Assembly (NCBI GenBank): GCA_030390025.1
Contig: CM059431.1
Location: forward strand, 103,976,001 to 104,040,000
Direction of reading: 5' to 3'
From: Squalus acanthias
Lineage: Eukaryota
Length of the DNA: 64,000 bases
Translations under genes and position numbers: made by a program
Notes under the pieces: generated by a model
Databases searched by the model: none
Told to the model about the DNA's origin: nothing
What the model saw: the letters and a program-made list of their open reading frames with translations, nothing else
In this document: one piece after another, positions 61,245 through 64,000 of the stretch
Layout: each line of letters opens with the position of its first letter
How positions within the stretch are numbered: position 1 is the stretch's first letter

Positions 61245-62790
61245 ACTATCTATCACAGAAACATCTCCTGCATCTAACAGAATTGCACACACGAAATAGG
61301 AGCAGAATCAGGCTACACAGTCCCTGGGCCCGCTCCACTACCCACAGGGCCATGACCGATCCGAACCTAGACTCATGTCCAAATTCCTGCCCGCTCCCCG
61401 TAACCCTTAATGCCCTTTACTTCTAGGAAACTGTCTATTTCTGTTTTAAATTTAATTAATGTTGTAGCTTCTACAGCTTTTTGTGGCAGCATATTCCATG
61501 GACCTACCACCCTCTGAGTGAAGTAGTTCCTCCTCATCTCAGTTTTGAAAGAGCAGCCCCTTATTCTAAGACTATGTCCCCTAGTTCTCGTCTCACCCGT
61601 CATCGGGAACATCCTCCCCGCATCCACCCGATCCAACCCCTTCACAATCTTATATGTTTCAATAAGATCGCCTCTCATTCTTCTGAACTCCAATGAGTAG
61701 AGTCCCAATCTACCCAACCTCTCCTCATATGACCACCCCCTCATCTCCGGGATTAACCGAGTGAACCTTTTTTGCACTGCCTCGAGAGCAAGGATGTCTT
61801 TCCTTAAGTAAGGACACCAAAACTGTATGCAGTATTCCAGGTGCGGTCTCACCAATACCTTGTACAACTGAAGCAATACCTCCCTATTTTTATATTCTAT
61901 CCCCCTAGCAATGAAAGCCAACATTCCATTTGCCTTCTTAATCACTTGCTGCACCTGCATACTAACCTTTTGAGTTTCGTGCACCAGGACCCCCAGATCC
62001 CTTTGCACTTCAGTACTCTCCAGTTTCTTGCCATTAAGATAATAAATTGCTCTAGGATTTTTCCTGCCAAAGTGCATCACCTCACACTTTCCAGTGCTGT
62101 ATTCCATCTGCCAAATCTCTGCCCACTTACTTAGCCTGTCTATGTCCCCTTGCAGGTTTTTTATGTCCTCCTCACTCACTACTTTCCCTCCCATCTTTGT
62201 ATCATCTGCAAATTTTGATATGTTACACTTGGTCCCTTCCTCCAAATCGTTAATATAGATTGTGAAGAGTTGGGGACCCAGCACTGACCCCTGTGGAACA
62301 CCACTAGTTACTGATTGCCAGTCTGAGAATGAACCATTTATCCCAACTCTTTGCTTTCTGTTAGATAGCCAATCCTCTATCCATGCCAGAATATTACCCC
62401 CAATCCCGTGATTTTTTACCTTAAGCAATAATCTTTTGTGTGGCACCTTGTCAAATGCCTTTTGGAAGTCTAAATACACTACGTCCACTGGTTCCCCTTT
62501 ATCCACTCTATATGTTACTTCCTCAAAGAACTCCAGCAAATTTGTCAAACATGACTTCCCCTTCGTAAAACCATGCTGACTTTGTCCTATTAAATTATGA
62601 TTATCCAAATGTCTTGTTACTGTTTCCTTAATAATGGACTCCAAAATTTTACCTACCACAGATGTTAGGCTAACCGGTCTATAGTTACCAGCCTTCTGTC
62701 TACTGCCCTTTTTAAATAAGGGTGTTACATTAGCAGTTTTCCAGTCTGCCGGGACCTTAGCGGAATCCAGGGAGTTTTGAAAAATTATTA
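61245..62790 (-). mobile_element. Young CR1 LINE, 5'-truncated
   Basis: Contains an open RT frame; 3' UTR differs from the other CR1 families here. Confidence 0.92.
61373..62659 (-). CDS. CR1 ORF2 RT and C-terminus (428 aa open)
   Basis: [37 protein letters not shown]; no stops. Confidence 0.8.
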   Translation of the reverse strand: MVGKILESIIKETVTRHLDNHNLIGQSQHGFTKGKSCLTNLLEFFEEVTYRVDKGEPVDVVYLDFQKAFDKVPHKRLLLKVKNHGIGGNILAWIEDWLSNRKQRVGINGSFSDWQSVTSGVPQGSVLGPQLFTIYINDLEEGTKCNISKFADDTKMGGKVVSEEDIKNLQGDIDRLSKWAEIWQMEYSTGKCEVMHFGRKNPRAIYYLNGKKLESTEVQRDLGVLVHETQKVSMQVQQVIKKANGMLAFIARGIEYKNREVLLQLYKVLVRPHLEYCIQFWCPYLRKDILALEAVQKRFTRLIPEMRGWSYEERLGRLGLYSLEFRRMRGDLIETYKIVKGLDRVDAGRMFPMTGETRTRGHSLRIRGCSFKTEMRRNYFTQRVVGPWNMLPQKAVEATTLIKFKTEIDSFLEVKGIKGYGERAGIWT

Positions 62791-62794
62791 CCTT

Positions 62795-63232
62795 TTTTTT
62801 TTTTTTTGCATTTCTACAGCGTCTTTCATGTCCTCAGGATGCCTCAAAGCTCTTTAGAGCCAATGGAGTACTTTTTTTTTAAGTGGAGTCACTGTTGTAA
62901 TGTGGGAAACGCGGCAGCCAATTTGTGCACAGTAAGCTCCCACAAACAGCAATGTGATAATGACCAGATAATCTGTTTTTAGTGATGTTGATTGAGGAAT
63001 AAATATTGGCCGGAACACTAGGGATAACTCCCCTGCTCTTCTTCGAAATAGTGGCCGTGGGGTCTTTCACGTCCACCTGAGAGAGCAGACGGGGCCTCGG
63101 TTTAATGTCTCATCCAAAAGACGGCACCTCCGATAGTGCAACACTCCCTCAGCACTGCACTCAAAGTGTCAGCCTAGATTGTTGTGCTCAAGTCTCTGGA
63201 GTGCGACTTGAACCCACAACCTTCTGACTCCG
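62795..63232 (-). mobile_element. Deu-SINE
   Basis: Deu core and B box on the minus strand. Confidence 0.85.
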
Positions 63233-63269
63233 AAGGTCAAGAGAGAGCTTGAAATTATATCGTACCTTA

Positions 63270-63595
63270 TCAAGTCCCAAAGCACTTTTCCACCAATGGG
63301 TTACATTTAAAGTGCAATCACTGTAGTCATGTAAGCAAAACAAAGCAGTCAGTTGGCATACATCATGGCCCCACAAACAGTAAATGGATGACTGAGCAGG
63401 TAATCTGTTTTTGGCAGTGTGGGTTTGAGGGAGTGATATTGGGCCAGGACAGCAAGTGGACTCCATGCTTTTTTTAGAATAGTGCCATGGATTCTTTTAT
63501 ATCCCTCTGAACAACTGGCCAGTTTAATTTGAAAGACAGCGTGCCCGATTGTGCAGCACAGTCTCAGTACTGCACAATAGTGTCAGCCTAGATAA
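63270..63595 (-). mobile_element. Old, diverged Deu-SINE
   Basis: Same order of motifs with many substitutions. Confidence 0.65.
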
Positions 63596-63692
63596 TGGGG
63601 TAGAGTTTCTGTTAGTTTTGCGCCTAGATAACAGCGCAATCGACCGAACCAGCGTAAGTACGGGGTGCTCCAAGTTTGTGGTGAGGGGATAT

Positions 63693-64000
63693 TTTTTTCT
63701 TTATTCGTTCATGGGATGTGGATGTCGCTGGCAAGGCCAGCATTTATTGCCCATCCCTAGTTGCCCTTGAGAATGTGGTGGTGAGCTGCCTTCTTGAACC
63801 GCTGCAGTCTGTGTGGTGAAGGTGCTCCCACAGTGCTGTTAGGGAGGGAGTTCCAGGATTTTGACCCAGCGACGATGAAGGATCGGCGATATACTTCCAA
63901 GTCAGGATGGTGTGTGACTTGGAGGGGAACTTGGAGGTGGTAGTGTTCCCATGCGCCTGCTGCCCTTGTCCTTCTAGGTGGAAGAGGTCGCGGGTTTGGG
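63693..64000 (-). mobile_element. CR1-group LINE 3' end (same family as 16580; runs off the window)
   Basis: TTATTCGTTCATGGGATGTGG...GCCCTTGAGAATGTGGTGGTGAGCTGCC. Confidence 0.78.

Overview
This is repeat-dominated vertebrate genomic DNA, almost certainly from a shark or other elasmobranch: it contains an HE1-type V-SINE, many Deu-domain (SacSINE1-like) tRNA SINEs and numerous CR1 LINEs with 8-bp tandem tails. I could not recognise any host protein-coding gene, so the window is probably intergenic or part of a large intron. Well over half of it, judged by eye, is transposable elements, often nested. These include 5'-truncated CR1 LINEs of several families (two with long uninterrupted RT ORFs), L2 3' ends, two RTE-clade LINEs, and two Penelope-like elements (PLEs; GIY-YIG endonuclease) that each carry a minimal hammerhead ribozyme. 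There are also two PIF/Harbinger transposons (one with a spliced Myb/SANT gene facing a nearly intact HARBI1-like transposase), many GC-rich TIR/MITE elements, a Tc1/pogo-type MITE, and two or three solo-LTR-like insertions. The most notable items are: a 1,652-bp TGTAA...TTACA element with a perfect 4-bp target-site duplication (TSD), probably an unusually long retroviral solo LTR; the PLE hammerheads and a separate ~93-bp hammerhead-bearing insertion with a 16-bp duplication; a 33-bp RTE TSD; and two local inverted structures. Family names come from motif recognition, not database searches, and most boundaries are approximate unless a TSD is quoted.
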